A stretch of DNA of 64,000 bases from Saccostrea cucullata (taxonomy: Eukaryota): the NCBI RefSeq assembly GCF_032062105.1, contig NW_026920800.1:62001-126000 (forward strand), in the 5' to 3' direction. The notes under the pieces were generated by a model. That model saw nothing but the letters and a program-made list of their open reading frames with translations. It searched no databases and was not told the DNA's origin. Positions 42,481-54,808 of this stretch are shown here, piece after piece (the stretch's first letter is position 1; the number at the start of each line of letters is the position of its first letter). The position numbers were made by a program, and so were the translations under genes.

Positions 42481-42885
42481 GGAAGGTGTACTAGATTTAA
42501 GATTTGAGAAGTAAACGTAAACTCTATCACCTAGATTAAATGAACACCAATTTAACACCTTTCTATCATGGTACCACTTCTGTCGTTGTATACTCTCCTT
42601 TGTAATTTCCCTACATGACAACTGCATGGACTAATTGTTATTTTTCTTCTAAACCTCAAACCCATCTATTCTTTGGCATTCTCTTAATATGAGAATGGAC
42701 TTGCATTTGAATTTAGTTGGAAGAATAACATAAATATGTAAACATATTGCACTTGAAAGGAATGGTATCAGTTCTACTGTCAAGTGATCGTCAGAATTAA
42801 GAGTAGCCTATTTCTGGTTCTTGGTGAAACAAAATTCAAAAAATATCCATAAAACAAACAAGTTTTTTTTCATGAATATGTATCT

Positions 42886-42891
42886 TTTATT
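42886..42891 (-). terminator. Candidate polyadenylation signal (AATAAA) of the Ly6 gene
   Basis: tttatt on + about 720 nt downstream of the stop, followed on - by a GT-rich tract (ttgtttgtttt). Confidence 0.45.
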
Positions 42892-43608
42892 ACATTTGTG
42901 TAAAATTCATAAAAATATTTGAGTATATACAAAAAAGATACAAAAAGCTCACAGATTCTCTCATTTTTTATATCAAAAATGGCACATCAATCGTCACATT
43001 ACTTTGAGTTCTTTCATAATCTTCATCCATTCAATCACGTAAACATGAAAATTCAATATTCCATCTACATTAAGACTGATACATGAAACTTAATAGGTAA
43101 GAATGATACAAAATTGATAACATGATAGGGTAAGAATTATAATGTGATGACATGATATCTTAAGATTTATGTACATTATATTTACAAGTTTTTCCATAGA
43201 ATATTGATACCTTAAAGTGACTATGATTGAATATTGCATAGAGATATATATCTAGGAAGGATTTTTTGACTAATATACTTCTGAGAGCAAGAGGAAAATT
43301 CTCATGGAGAAAATTCCATTCTGCAGAGAACTAGAAATTGATTTTGTTTATAATGCACATTCCCACCCCCCAATTTGAACATAATATTTCTTGGTCAGAT
43401 TAACAATGTCTTTTTTCCATGAGTACAACTAAGATACTCTTTGATACTCTTTGGTATATCTCTTGATTAATATATAGCCAGCAGAATATTTAGTTGTAAA
43501 TGCTTCATTGTTTCTACTGGCATTGCTGTTTCTAGTATCTGTTTTGTAGAAATCTTGTGTAGTCTAGCTCTAAATGTTGCATGATTCTTGTTAGACATCA
43601 CACGGTGG

Positions 43609-44882
43609 TTACAGAAAATGTCTCATCAACAGCGGTCCAACAAGTAAAACCAGGAGGAAAATGATGGAACCTTTTGTGGAGATGGCAGAGTTACAGTCAT
43701 CTCTCGTACAGCTGTATACACAGGCCCGGTATAAACGATCGTGGTCCGGGTACGACAAATCCTGGCACTGATCCCCTAAGTCCCGGGCACTGCAAAAACG
43801 ATGTGTCCCAACTATTCCTTAAAAAAAATACAAGCAAATTGCTAATTAAATAACTGTATAATCCATGAATTAATATTAACCAAAGATTCATCAAATTCAG
43901 AATTTGAAATTATCTATTTTTGTTGAGCAATTTTGAGTAATACGACGGTCATTCAAAAAAAATTCATTCTTTCTTCGTTTTTAATTCTTGCATTGAACTT
44001 GTGTGATGGGTCGGTGACCTCTTACAAGTAAAGAAGTAGAAGTAGAAGAAGTAGAATGTACATTTTTGACCCATCTATTCTAATGCCTTAATCAAGTAGC
44101 AATCCTTGATTACATTTACCACTATTAGGCAACTTAAAGTATGAAAACTCTATACCTCTATAGTAAGACCATATTTCTCACCTCCCCACACTCCGGTAAT
44201 CTTTATGCAGTAGCGGGCATTGTACACTGTGCACTTGGTAGAACGGATGGGATTGACACTTTGATCATGGTCAAATCGATCTTGACAGTTGGAATCTAGT
44301 GTTGAGTTGCACTGGTAACAATTTAGTGCTAAAACTGGGAGAAAAGAAAAGTTATTATTATAAGATTGTAAATATGACTTTCTGAGAAAACTTTGGACCA
44401 AATCAATGGATCATTCAGGGTTCAGCACTACTACACGAAATCTGGTAGCTGCAGACCTGTAGCTCTCCAGAATGTGTCTGTTCGTCCATCGCCATTTTTC
44501 AGACCAGAGAGCTACAGATTTACAGCTAAAACTTTGAGGATTTTTGTAGCAAAATGCCATTCCGCGTAGGAACAGGTATTAAAGCGAATGGAATGTAAAA
44601 TTGGTATGTTCTAATCTGTACACTGAACACTGTACATACATACATCATACACAAGAAATCAAAAATAAATTTTTTTCCTACAGTAGTTATATTAATGAAA
44701 TGGATCTATATGTATGATATTTAAGTACTACTTATATAGGTTATACGTTTAGATCAACACCAGATCAAAACCACGGTGGCACTAGGAGTATAAGTATGTT
44801 TTATAGGACACCTTAACTAGTTACCTGACGAGAAAGAACAGAGGATGAGCGCCGTTTGCAGGAGGCTTGTTCCAGGTAACAT
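43609..44882 (-). CDS. Ly6/uPAR three-finger GPI-anchored protein, boudin-like (quiver/sleepless superfamily), 139 aa; exons 44882-44825, 44334-44182, 43817-43609
   Basis: Spliced: MLPGTSLLQTALILCSFSSVLALNCYQCNSTLDSNCQDRF...CIKITGVWGGIVGTHRFCSARDLGDQC...YRACVYSCTRDDCNSA + hydrophobic tail. Signal peptide, 10 Cys, terminal CN and GPI-type C-terminus; GT-AG introns, both phase 1. Confidence 0.93.
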
Positions 44883-47242
44883 CTTTACAGCTTATTAAAT
44901 GAAAATCTTAATTTGTTGTAGTTGTTCCGTTCAGATTGTTGTTTTGAATCACATCATACAAAATGTCTTCCGGTTTTCACCTGTGTGAAAGCGACACCTG
45001 TAAATACCTGTCGGCATGAATCATTCAGTAACGATAACTCCCTAAGATGGACATTATCATGCGCACATTTGTACTGAAAGATAAATAACATTTTGTGTAC
45101 CTGATGTCAATTAACAAATAAATAACTAATTAAGTAACTATATAAATACATATTTGAATGGTTCTAACAGGAAAAGAATAGATATCGATAATGTGACTGG
45201 TATTGTTTTTTGTTAGGTACCTAATGTACCTTTTATTTTTATTGTTTATTATGTAAAACTAATTTATTGTAAAACAAGTTATCAATTTAAAATCAATAAC
45301 GATTAAAAACGAGTCTTTAATTTCAAATCATTAATTTCACAGCTTTATGTTGTTTTCAAAGAAGTTGGCGGGGTAAACTTCTATACAATCAGTTGACGGT
45401 AATGTCCCCTGCTTTCACTGAAAAGGGGATATTAATTTGGGACCGTCTGTCCGTCTGTCACAGATGAAAATGAACCATCGGATATTTTGACAATTATTTT
45501 TTATATTCTCAATGAATTCTACGTATCTGTTATTAATTTAATGAGTCGTCATAATTGCTTCAATCAGTCAGATTTATCGATTTTGAAATGTTTATAATTA
45601 TCTTACTTACCCATGAGTGATATGACCAGATGAACTGTGCTTTGCGTGACTTATTTATTGTTTATTACAATGATCATAATCTTTAACTCTACTTGTAAAT
45701 CATATAACTCAGGTCATATGTTACTCAAGTTCTTTATTGACTTTGAGCTGTATAGCTCATCAGTACAAACAAATACAAACATGACTGTGCAGGTTTACAG
45801 GAGAATATGATAATTATGTACATATGATACATATATGTATGACATAAATAATATGACATAAATAATTAATTTAACATTTCTTTTCTACTTTTTAGACTAA
45901 AGTAAATAAATTTACCTAAGTTGCATAGTTCTGTTACATTTTCGACATTAAAAAGTTGCAACAATTTAATCATATGTTACTCAGAATCATCATTTATTAA
46001 TCTTGTCTATAAATACAGTTTTTTGTTAACATTCGGAGAGTTGGAATCGGGACGCGCTTGTCCTTGATACTGTCCGACCCGACGAGAAAATTTAATAAAG
46101 GTCTGCAAATCGTGAGGCGGCTTTATTTTCATTTACCTATAGTCCACCCTAGTGGCTTTCCAACAAGCACACGCATCTAAAGCGAATGTGTGATACGCCC
46201 GTCCGTATTTCTGTCTGTCTGTAACGCTTTCGTTCTATTAGTTGCAGAACTGTTTCTCTCCGAAAAATATATTGACAGACTGGAGAGCTATAGTGCCACT
46301 CATTGGAAAAAAAATGTACATTTTTTGCGCACAAAAAGTGCGCTGTCTCTTTATTTATTTCTCCAAGTTTTAAACTGTTGTCTCAAAACATTACTAATCG
46401 TATGTTCGTGGTCCGTGTAACACTTAACAATTCAAATTTCTAAAATGGTTTCGATTTTTAGAATGTTAACATACTAGTTCAACTTTCTAAATTTCAAAAC
46501 TCAAACTTATTTGGTATATTGAAATTTGATATTTTAGTTCAAAAATCTAAAATTTTCAAATTTCCAAACAGGTTTTAGAATTATAATATTTTAGATTTTT
46601 ACCTTAAAAATCAAAATTCAAATTTCCAAAAACGATTTTTGTTATTTAAAGCTTTCAGTTTTTAGTCTACCGTTTGTTCAGAAAGTTTACATTTAACAAT
46701 CTATAGTTCCTGGTGCGTAGCCAGGCGTACGTCCACATCATTTTTCAACAAAAAGAAAAGAAAGAAAAAAAAAGAAAGAGAGAGAGAGAGGAGAGCGAGA
46801 CAGGTAAGTATTCTCATCATTTTGCATAATATTAGAAAATAATTTTAAAAAAGAACTTAGAAGCAATTCAGAATTAACGAAAAAAAAAATAAATAAATAA
46901 AAAGAAAATCACCAGAATCACTTTTAGGGGAAAATACGAGAGTCTACACCTCTCTGACATCAAAAGATTTTCCCGGATTTTGGTTTACTATCGAATATTG
47001 CTGAGAGTTTTTCCAAGTGTAATTACATTCTAAAGAGTTTCTCTATTGTAGATTTCACACTATGAAACCCCAGTCGACTCTCTTAAAACAAACGATAATT
47101 TTATTTAATGCCAAAAATTTCATTTTCTATTACTGGAAACTAACTTCCGACCGTAATGCTTAACTTCTGTAACGATATCCCTCCCCTTCCCGAGGAGTGA
47201 GGAGAGATAGTGAGATTGAGGAGAGAGAGATAGTGAGGTTGA

Positions 47243-47993
47243 AGCTGCAGAACTGTAGCTCTCTGCTTGAGCAAATTCGGAATGATAAAGCAGAGAGCTA
47301 CAGATCCAAGTTGTAAAAACCTTCCATTTACGCCGACGATTTTTTGTCGCTACTTCAGGTATTTATTTCGTGTAGTTTAAGCTTTCTCTGGCTTTTAGAA
47401 TGGTATCTTATAATAATTCATATATCTAACTCTTATATTTGATACTTTGTTTACCTTTGAACGATCCGAAACAGTCCTGTATATAGTTTTGTAATGTAAT
47501 TCAATTTCGACGTCCGTAACCACAAACAGCCATTTGTTAGCGTTGAGAGATAAGTAATTGATCAGGAATTAAAGTTGAGAATGTAAGATTAATTATTTTA
47601 TACCTTTTAAAGTAAATTCAGAGTATAAAATACACGAAAAAATACCCATAGTGAGCTACAAAAAATCTTCGGCGTAAACATAGGCGCTTGGGGTATGGAC
47701 CCCCCCCCTTTTTTCCATTTTTTTTTCTTTTTAAATCTGGGGTTGAGTCACCTTTTTCCTATTTTTCGATTCTAATATGCACTATATGTTATTAATAATG
47801 TAACTCTTTTGTCTCTACAGGCTGTTTTTAAATATGTCGTTTTCGACTGATACATATAAAAGGAAAAGGGGGGTCCATACCCCAAGCACCTATGGGCGTA
47901 AATCGAATTTAAGGTTTTTACAACGCTTATATCTGTAGCTCTCTGCTCTATCTGTCCGAATTTTCTCAAGCAGAGAGCTACAATTCTGCAGCT
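47243..47993. mobile_element. Foldback element with ~60-bp TIRs (agctgcagaactgtagctctctgc...), inserted in a GA-rich microsatellite
   Basis: Left 47243-47304 is the near reverse complement of 47931-47993; each TIR is itself a hairpin. Confidence 0.8.
47679..47894. mobile_element. P-superfamily-like (or hAT) MITE nested in the foldback element
   Basis: CATAGGCGCTTGGGGTATGGACCCCC TIR; exact 8-bp TSD ggcgtaaa at 47671-47678 and 47895-47902. Confidence 0.85.
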
Positions 47994-49090
47994 AGGAGAG
48001 AGGTAGTATGTGTGAGGAGGTAGAGAGAGTGTGAGGAGAGAGAGATTGAGAGTGTGAGGAGAGAGAGTGTGAAGAGTGTGAGGAGAGAGAGTGTCAGACT
48101 GAGGAAAGAGAGTGTATGAGAGTGAGGAAAGATAGTAAGGAGTGTGAGAAGAGAGAATGTGTGTGAGGAGAGAAAATGAGGAGAGAGAGAGTGTGTGTGG
48201 GGAGAGAGTTTAAGGAGAGAGAGTGTGTGTTTTGGGAGAGAGTGTATGCTTAAAAATTTGTTGAATGTAGAAGATCGGGTAAGACAACTCAGATTAAACC
48301 ATGTTTATAATATATACCATGGCAATGCACCATCTTACTTATCAGAAAATTTTACTCTAAGATCAGCTGTGTCTTCACGCAACACCAGGGCATCCACTAA
48401 TGAAGATTTTTTTATACCTCATGTGAAAACATGTCAAACAGACACTTTTTATTATAATGGCATAAAGGACTGGAATTTTTTACCAGCCTCTATTAAGTGT
48501 ACAAAAGGAAAGAATACTTTTAAAAAACAAGTAAAGAGTTTTATCTTACAAAAAGGTATTTTAGAACATGAAAGTGATATGTTTCAATACTAGTTTATAA
48601 AATATATTTTATATTTTATTGATAATGCCAATGTTGTCATACTTAAACCTAATTTAGATGTGTATGCTAAAATTATTGTGCCAAAAGTATCATAGTGCTG
48701 TAATGATAGAATATTTATTACAATGTATTGTTATTTATTTTTTAAAGTTATTTAAGATAGGACCCCATTGGAAATAAGCTCTCGAGCTTTAATGAGTTAT
48801 CCTGGTATCTATCTAGTCATGTTGAATAATTTATTTAAAACATCTTGATTACCAACTTCCTTCTTTTATAAGATATGTATAATTATGTGTATTTGTTTTA
48901 TGTATGATGACATGATACCAAATAAATACTACTACTACTACTACTAGGAGAGGAAAGAGTGAGGATAAAGAGAGTGGACAGAGAGAATGTGTAGTTGAGT
49001 GGAGAGAGTTGGGGAGGAGGGAGAGAAAGATGGGGGACGATAGGAGATAGAGAAAGAGGAGTGGAGAGAGAGGAGAGAGTAGTGAGAGAA
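47994..49090. repeat. Degenerate (GA)/(GT)-rich microsatellite, interrupted by a LINE fragment
   Basis: gagagagtgtgaggagag-like repeats at 47994-48245 and 48947-49090 (also 47195-47240). Confidence 0.85.
48246..48946 (+). mobile_element. 5'-truncated non-LTR retrotransposon (CR1/L2/Crack-like): ORF2 C-terminus, 3'UTR and (TAC)n tail
   Basis: ORF 48195..48593 (..LNHVYNIYHGNAPSYL..RNTR..TFYYNGIKDWNFLP..IK..FKKQVK) is a typical CR1/L2-group ORF2 tail; ends aataaatactactactactac. Confidence 0.85.
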
Positions 49091-49452
49091 TGGTAAAACA
49101 AAACAGATATGCACTGATCAAAATCGGGACAGGGGTGGGGGTGGGGTTGAAGCGGAGATCCAATCACAGAAACACCACTAGGCTATACACACAATTAAGT
49201 AAAGCCTGGAACTGTGTGCTATTTTCTAATATTATACTTTCATGTAAATTACTTGAATCTGATTCGTCGAGAAACATTTGATAAAAAAACAATACTACCT
49301 GCTGAATAATGAAGCCACGCCCTCCTGCGTAGCAACAGTCAACATTGCTTGACGACGGGTGGTATTCCAAAAAATAGCGACTGCGCGGAATTTATCCGCG
49401 CACGGTTCACTGTAATATGTATTTGTATAAAACATTCAGTATAATATAATAG

Positions 49453-49587
49453 ATATTGCATGCAGTTGAGTGTAACATTGAAAATTTTCACCCCTCGAAA
49501 ACCACTGTCAACCTCGGCTGCGCCTCGGTTGACAATCGTTTTCTTGGGGTGAAAATTTTCAATGTTACACTCAACTACATGCAATAT
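49453..49587. mobile_element. Near-perfect 135-bp palindrome (part of a non-autonomous, possibly Crypton-like, element)
   Basis: atattgcatgcagttgagtgtaacattgaaaattttcacccc / ggggtgaaaattttcaatgttacactcaactacatgcaatat with loop tcggctgcgcctc. Confidence 0.8.
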
Positions 49588-49925
49588 TTATATAATGTCT
49601 ATTTAAACTGTTATTCCAAAACAAGTTTTAATTTTCGTGTACTTTGAATTATACATCGAGCGATATTTTTGTCCCCGCTGAAAGTGAATATTAATTTCGG
49701 TGCGTCTATCCGTCCGTCTGTAGTTCTGTCTGTGCGTAACAATGACTCTCTGTGGTCTTAGGTCGCTATTGGTTTAAAGTTAAAAGGTCAAAGGGAAAGG
49801 TCAGAAATAAAAAAAAAATCAAAGTTTTGCTTTCGCATTTTATACCACAACCCCCTATGGCTTAAAGGAGACCCCTATCAAATTTTGAGGTCAAAAGGTA
49901 AGGTCGTAAATTCATGAATTATATT

Positions 49926-49999
49926 GTGTGTGTGTGTGTGTGTGTGTGAGAGTGTGTGTGTGTGTGTGTGTGTGAGTGTGTGTGTGTGTGTGTGTGCGT
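49926..49999. repeat. (TG)n microsatellite inside a decayed Helentron-like element (~49668-50250)
   Basis: Directly visible. Confidence 0.9.
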
Positions 50000-51315
50000 G
50001 ATAATTTCATTTCCGGACGATATCTCAGCAAGCTTTTGAGTTTTTGCCATCAAATTTTATTATAAATACCATTACTCTTTCTGTTTCCCTCCCGCTCTTC
50101 TGTCCGTCCCTCCGGACTGTATTTCTGTCTGTCTGCATCACTTTGATTTTCAAGCGATATCTCGAGAAGCCTTTGAACTTTTGTGATTAAATTCTACATG
50201 ACAATTCCCTATGACCTAAAGAAGACGCCTATTGATTTTGAAGTCAACAGTTTTAGTAGAGAATTAACTAGACACACCTGGATTTATATGTTTACATCAC
50301 GTTCTACATTGTCAAAATTTTACAAAAACGCATGAGTTAACGTGTTCAAACTTTTATTAATATTGTATGATAAATATTTTATAATTTAAGAAATTCTGCA
50401 AATCCGTGGAAGGGGAGGATGGTCGACCCCCCAATTTAAGCATCTTCACCTTTTTTTTCCTTTAGCGGGGGGCACAATTCCCTGAATTAGCTTGTTGTTA
50501 TTACGACTACCACTAAGAACTACGATTTTTCATACTAAATAAATTCGTGGATACAAAAATCGGACTGAGATAAAGGATATGAAAAGCTTAAGCATTATCA
50601 TCAAATTATTGAATGTAAAGGCAATACAACATCTACATTGTTAATAATAAGAGTCTAAATGCTGTCAAAGACAACAAAAATTAACATGATACAAGAAATA
50701 TTTAGACATTAGCATGAAGGACTCCACATGATTTCGTAACTTGTTACGAACACACTTTCTTGATAAATTGCACAGTTTATGAATGTTTTTTTTTTTTTTA
50801 GATACATCATTTTAACCCTACAATTGCTCTTATTATTATTTCAATATATTTCAATTTCTATCTGTTTTCTCTGTGATAACTCTTTGAAAGTTATTGGAAA
50901 GTTAGTGGAGTTGCTTTCTTGATAATTCCACTGGAATGTAAATTAGGCAGGCTAGGAGCTTAGGTGGCCTAATGTACATGTGAATCTCGTCTGCGTATGT
51001 CTTTGTGTTTAACGTCAGTGGGTGAGGACAATTGATATTGACATGGGTGTAATCTAACTCTATTTCAAATACTGGTAGTTATGCAAATTATCCCAAGTTT
51101 CCCACTATCATTGATGTCCTGGCATACTCTACTAAATAGACAGTGATTCCATGAGTAAGTATGATCAAAAGATTTTTTAAAAATTAAATAAATGAAGTTT
51201 TTCAATTCTTTGTTACTTTGGTAACGCTAGTACATGTAAAGGTTCTTTTCCGAAATATTTTTAATACTTACTAGACTCCCTATTATGTTCTAAACTTTTG
51301 GATAGCGACTGCTAA

Positions 51316-51543
51316 TTGACCATAGGCGCTTGATTTCAGGATGGTGTTTTTTGTGTATTATGTGTTTTTCTAGGTGTGTCTAAATACTCTTTTTATATAC
51401 AATAAATATGACATTTTTAAAACGTGCTAATTTCAGCGAATTTTTATTTTTATGTTGATAATAGTATTAAGGCACACCTAGAAAAACACATAATACACAC
51501 ACAAATAAAAAACACCATCCTGATACCAAGCGCCTATGGTCAA
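51316..51543. mobile_element. Palindromic MITE with CATAGGCGCTTG ends
   Basis: ~75-bp arms: ttgaccataggcgcttg..caggatggtgtttt..ctaggtgtg / cacacctag..aaaacaccatcctg..caagcgcctatggtcaa. Confidence 0.8.
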
Positions 51544-52279
51544 ATTCAGTATAAAAACAAGATGTGTTTGTGAAAACTATACGCCCGGCGGCAACAAAAA
51601 TCTAAAATGCTATTTTTAGCATACTAGCATAAGTAACAGAAAAGGTCAAAAGGTCATTGACCTTGGTGTCATTTAAAAGAACTTGATTAGTGGAGTATGC
51701 ACATCAAATATGAAGTCTCTATCTTTTATGGTTCAAAATGTATGGTTCAAGTTACGAAAAAGATATTTTTAGCATATAGCATATTTTAGCATATAGGTCA
51801 CTGTCAAGGTCACTAGGTCATTGACCTTGGTGTCATTTGAAAGCACCTCATTAGTGAAGTATGCATACCAAATATGAAGTTTCTACCTTTCATGGTTCAA
51901 AAGTTATGGCGAAGGTTAAAGTTTGGAGACAAACAAACAGACAGACAGACAGACAGGACAAAAACAATATACGCCTCCCGATCTATCAATCCGGGTGCAT
52001 AATTAACAAAATGCCTAAAAATTAGTATGAAACAACATCGGCCATAATTTTATCTCTCCTATGCGATGTTTTTCTTATTTTACAATGATTTTACAAGAAA
52101 TATATATACCAGAGTCAAAAATCGGCCACAAACAAATTTACCATAATTGATTCTTTCATGAAGCAATTAGAAATTGTATTCTTATATTTATCTGTCAATT
52201 AATATATCCCTGTGACATTAAACATTTGAATGCGACATTCGAGGATTTTCTTCAATACATAATACATGTAAACTTACGG

Positions 52280-53655
52280 GGAAACATCCTCCGGTAGTGT
52301 AGATTCAAGTTTGTTCAAATCATGACCCCTGGGGGTAGGGCGGGGGCAAAAATGGCTGACCAAAGTTTTATATAGAAATATATAGGAAAAATTTTTCATA
52401 AATCTTCTCAAGAATAGCAAAGCCATAATTGATCATATTTATATGGAAGCATCTTCAGGTTATAGATTCAAATTTGTTCAAATCAGGACCCCCGGGGGTA
52501 GGGCGGGGCCAAAATGGCCGATCAAAGTTTTACATAGAAATATATATAGGAATTTTTTTTTTGAAAAAATCTTCTTCTTAAGAATTGCAAAGCCATAATT
52601 GATCATATCTATATAGAAGCATCCTCAGGTTGTGTAGATTCATGTTTTTTTCAAATCATGACCCCCGGGGGTAGGGCGGGGCCAAAATGGCCGATCAAAG
52701 TTTTACATAGAAATATATATAGGATTTTTTTTTTTTTAAATCTTCTTCTTAAGAATTGCAAAGCCATAATTGATCATATTTATATGGAAGCATCCTCAGG
52801 TAGTGTAGATTCAAGTATCTTCAAATCATGAATCCCGGGGGTAAGGCAAGGGCCACAATGACCGACCAAAGTTTTACATAGAAAAACTATAATTGATCAT
52901 ATTTATATTGAAGAATCAGCACATAGTGTAGATTCAAGTTTGTTGAAATCATGATCTCCGGGGGTAGGGGTAGCGAAAATGGCCAACCAAAGTATTACAT
53001 AGAAATATATAGGAAAATTCTTTTAAAAAATCATCTGCTCAAGAATAGAAAAGCTATAATTGATCATATCTATATGGAAGTTCCTCAGATAGTGTAGATT
53101 CAAATTTGTTGAAATCATGACCCCCAGGGGTAGGGTGGGGCCGAAATGGCCCATTAAAGTTTTACTTAGAAATATATAGGAATTTTTTTAAAAAGATTTT
53201 CTTCTCAAGAATTGCAAGGCCATAATTGATCATATCTATATTGAAGCATCCTCAGGTAGTGTAGATTCAAGTTTGTTCAAATCATGATCCCCAAGGGGTA
53301 AGCCGGGGCCAAAATGGCCAACCAAATTTTTACATTAGACATATATTGGAAAATTCTTTAAAAATCATCTTCTCAAGAATCACAGAGCCATAATTGATCA
53401 TATTTTTATGGAAGCATCCTCAGGTAGTGTAGATTCAAGTTTGTTCAAATCATGACCCCAGGGGTAGGGCGGGGCCACAATGGCTGATTAAAGTTTTACA
53501 TTAGACATATATAGGAAAATTCTTTAAAAATCATCTTCTCAAGAATAGCAAAGCCATGATTGGTCATGGGATTACTTTGGAACTTCAATAATAAACCAAT
53601 TTCTACTTTTTCCTAGCCAGTGTTCAGGTGAGCGATGTGGCCATGGGCCTCTTGT
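52280..53655 (+). repeat. Cg170-like satellite array (~8 monomers) with Helentron-like 3' end; 5' end missing
   Basis: Tandem ~166-bp monomers; ends ttcaggtgagcgatgtggccatgggcctcttgtt. Confidence 0.88.
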
Positions 53656-53685
53656 TTTTTTTTTTCCATTTTTTGTTCTTTCTGG

Positions 53686-53958
53686 GGTAGTGTAGATTCT
53701 GAATAGTTAAAACCCCCAGGGGTAGGGCGGGACCACAATAGGGAAATCAAATTTTATATAGAAATAAATAGAAAATATCTTCTACTCAAGAACCAGTGGG
53801 CCAGGAAAGCTGAAACTTTGGTGGAAGCATCCTGAAGTAGTGTAGATTCTAAATTGTTCAAATCATGACCCCGGAAGGGGGGGGGGGGGGTAGAAGACCA
53901 CAATAGATATAAGAAGAGGGGAAACCTGGTAAACAACTGCTTCACCAAAGTTACTCAA

Positions 53959-53988
<30 letters not shown>
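53686..53988 (+). mobile_element. Second 5'-truncated Cg170-carrying element directly downstream
   Basis: About 1.5 monomers, then ctcaagtgagcgatgtggcccatgggcctcttgtt. Confidence 0.8.
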
Positions 53989-53991
<3 letters not shown>

Positions 53992-54439
53992 CTACTTATA
54001 GGCATCAACTCAAAATTGTTAACATTCATTTGAAGAGAGCAACAAAGTTTCTTAATAAAATATTAATTTTGCACTCATTGCAGCAAAACACTGCAAGATG
54101 AATTGATATTTTACAATGATTTTAGAAAAGTTTGATCAGCTGAGTCTACTGGCACTCCATACATCCAGTGATGTACATACAGTGAAACCTGTCTAATCTG
54201 ACATTAACTGGGAGATCAATTTTGTGTCAGAATAGACAGGGTGTCAAATTGCAGTGTAAAAAATGGAAAATAGTAAAATGGGAAAGAAATTTAACTTCGG
54301 AATTCAAAGGATTGCACGTGTCAGTCAAATTAGACAGTTAACACCAAAACTTCTCCTCTGCTTTTAAGGGCTTGGAACCTTCTGCTTGAAATAACATGTA
54401 AATATGTTATTTCAAGCAGGCAGCATTAAAAGTATTGTG

Positions 54440-54630
54440 CCTTTTTTTCAGTTTTGTTACGTTCTCTCTTTTTTTTGGCTTTTTTTTTTGTTGTTTTTTT
54501 TTTATTTTCTTTCTTTTTTTCATTATTTTTTGGTTTTTCTTCCTTTTTTTTTGTTTTTGTTTTGTTTTTTTTTTTTTTTTTTTTTTTGTTGTTGTTGTTT
54601 TCTTGTTTTGTTTTTTTTTTGTTTTTTTTG
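54440..54630. repeat. Poly-T/low-complexity tract
   Basis: Almost entirely T with sparse G/C. Confidence 0.9.
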
Positions 54631-54656
54631 GCACAAAACTTGCCAATGAGATTAAA

Positions 54657-54808
54657 TAATTTCACATTTACAATTCACAATTTCACATCAACAATTCACA
54701 ATGTCACATTAACAATTCACAATGTCACATCAACAATTCACAATTTCACATCAATAATTCACAATTTCACATTAACAATTCACAATGTCACATCAGCAAT
54801 TCACAATT
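54657..54808 (+). repeat. 21-bp minisatellite (acaattcacaat[t/g]tcacat[c/t]a) x ~7
   Basis: Directly visible; seen as TIHNFTS/TIHNVTL repeats in ORF 54454..54825. Confidence 0.9.

Noticed and set aside
42030-42560. Hammerhead ribozyme associated with the Penelope-like fragment
   Set aside because: I could not find a CTGAnGA..GAAA core with pairing stems by eye; a covariance-model search would be needed.
46795-46812. Strong donor CAG|GTAAGTA on +
   Set aside because: It follows a low-complexity GA/A tract inside a probable TE remnant; no partner exon found.
49339-49647. Similar ORFs on both strands (MH.VECNIENFHP)
   Set aside because: A consequence of the palindrome.
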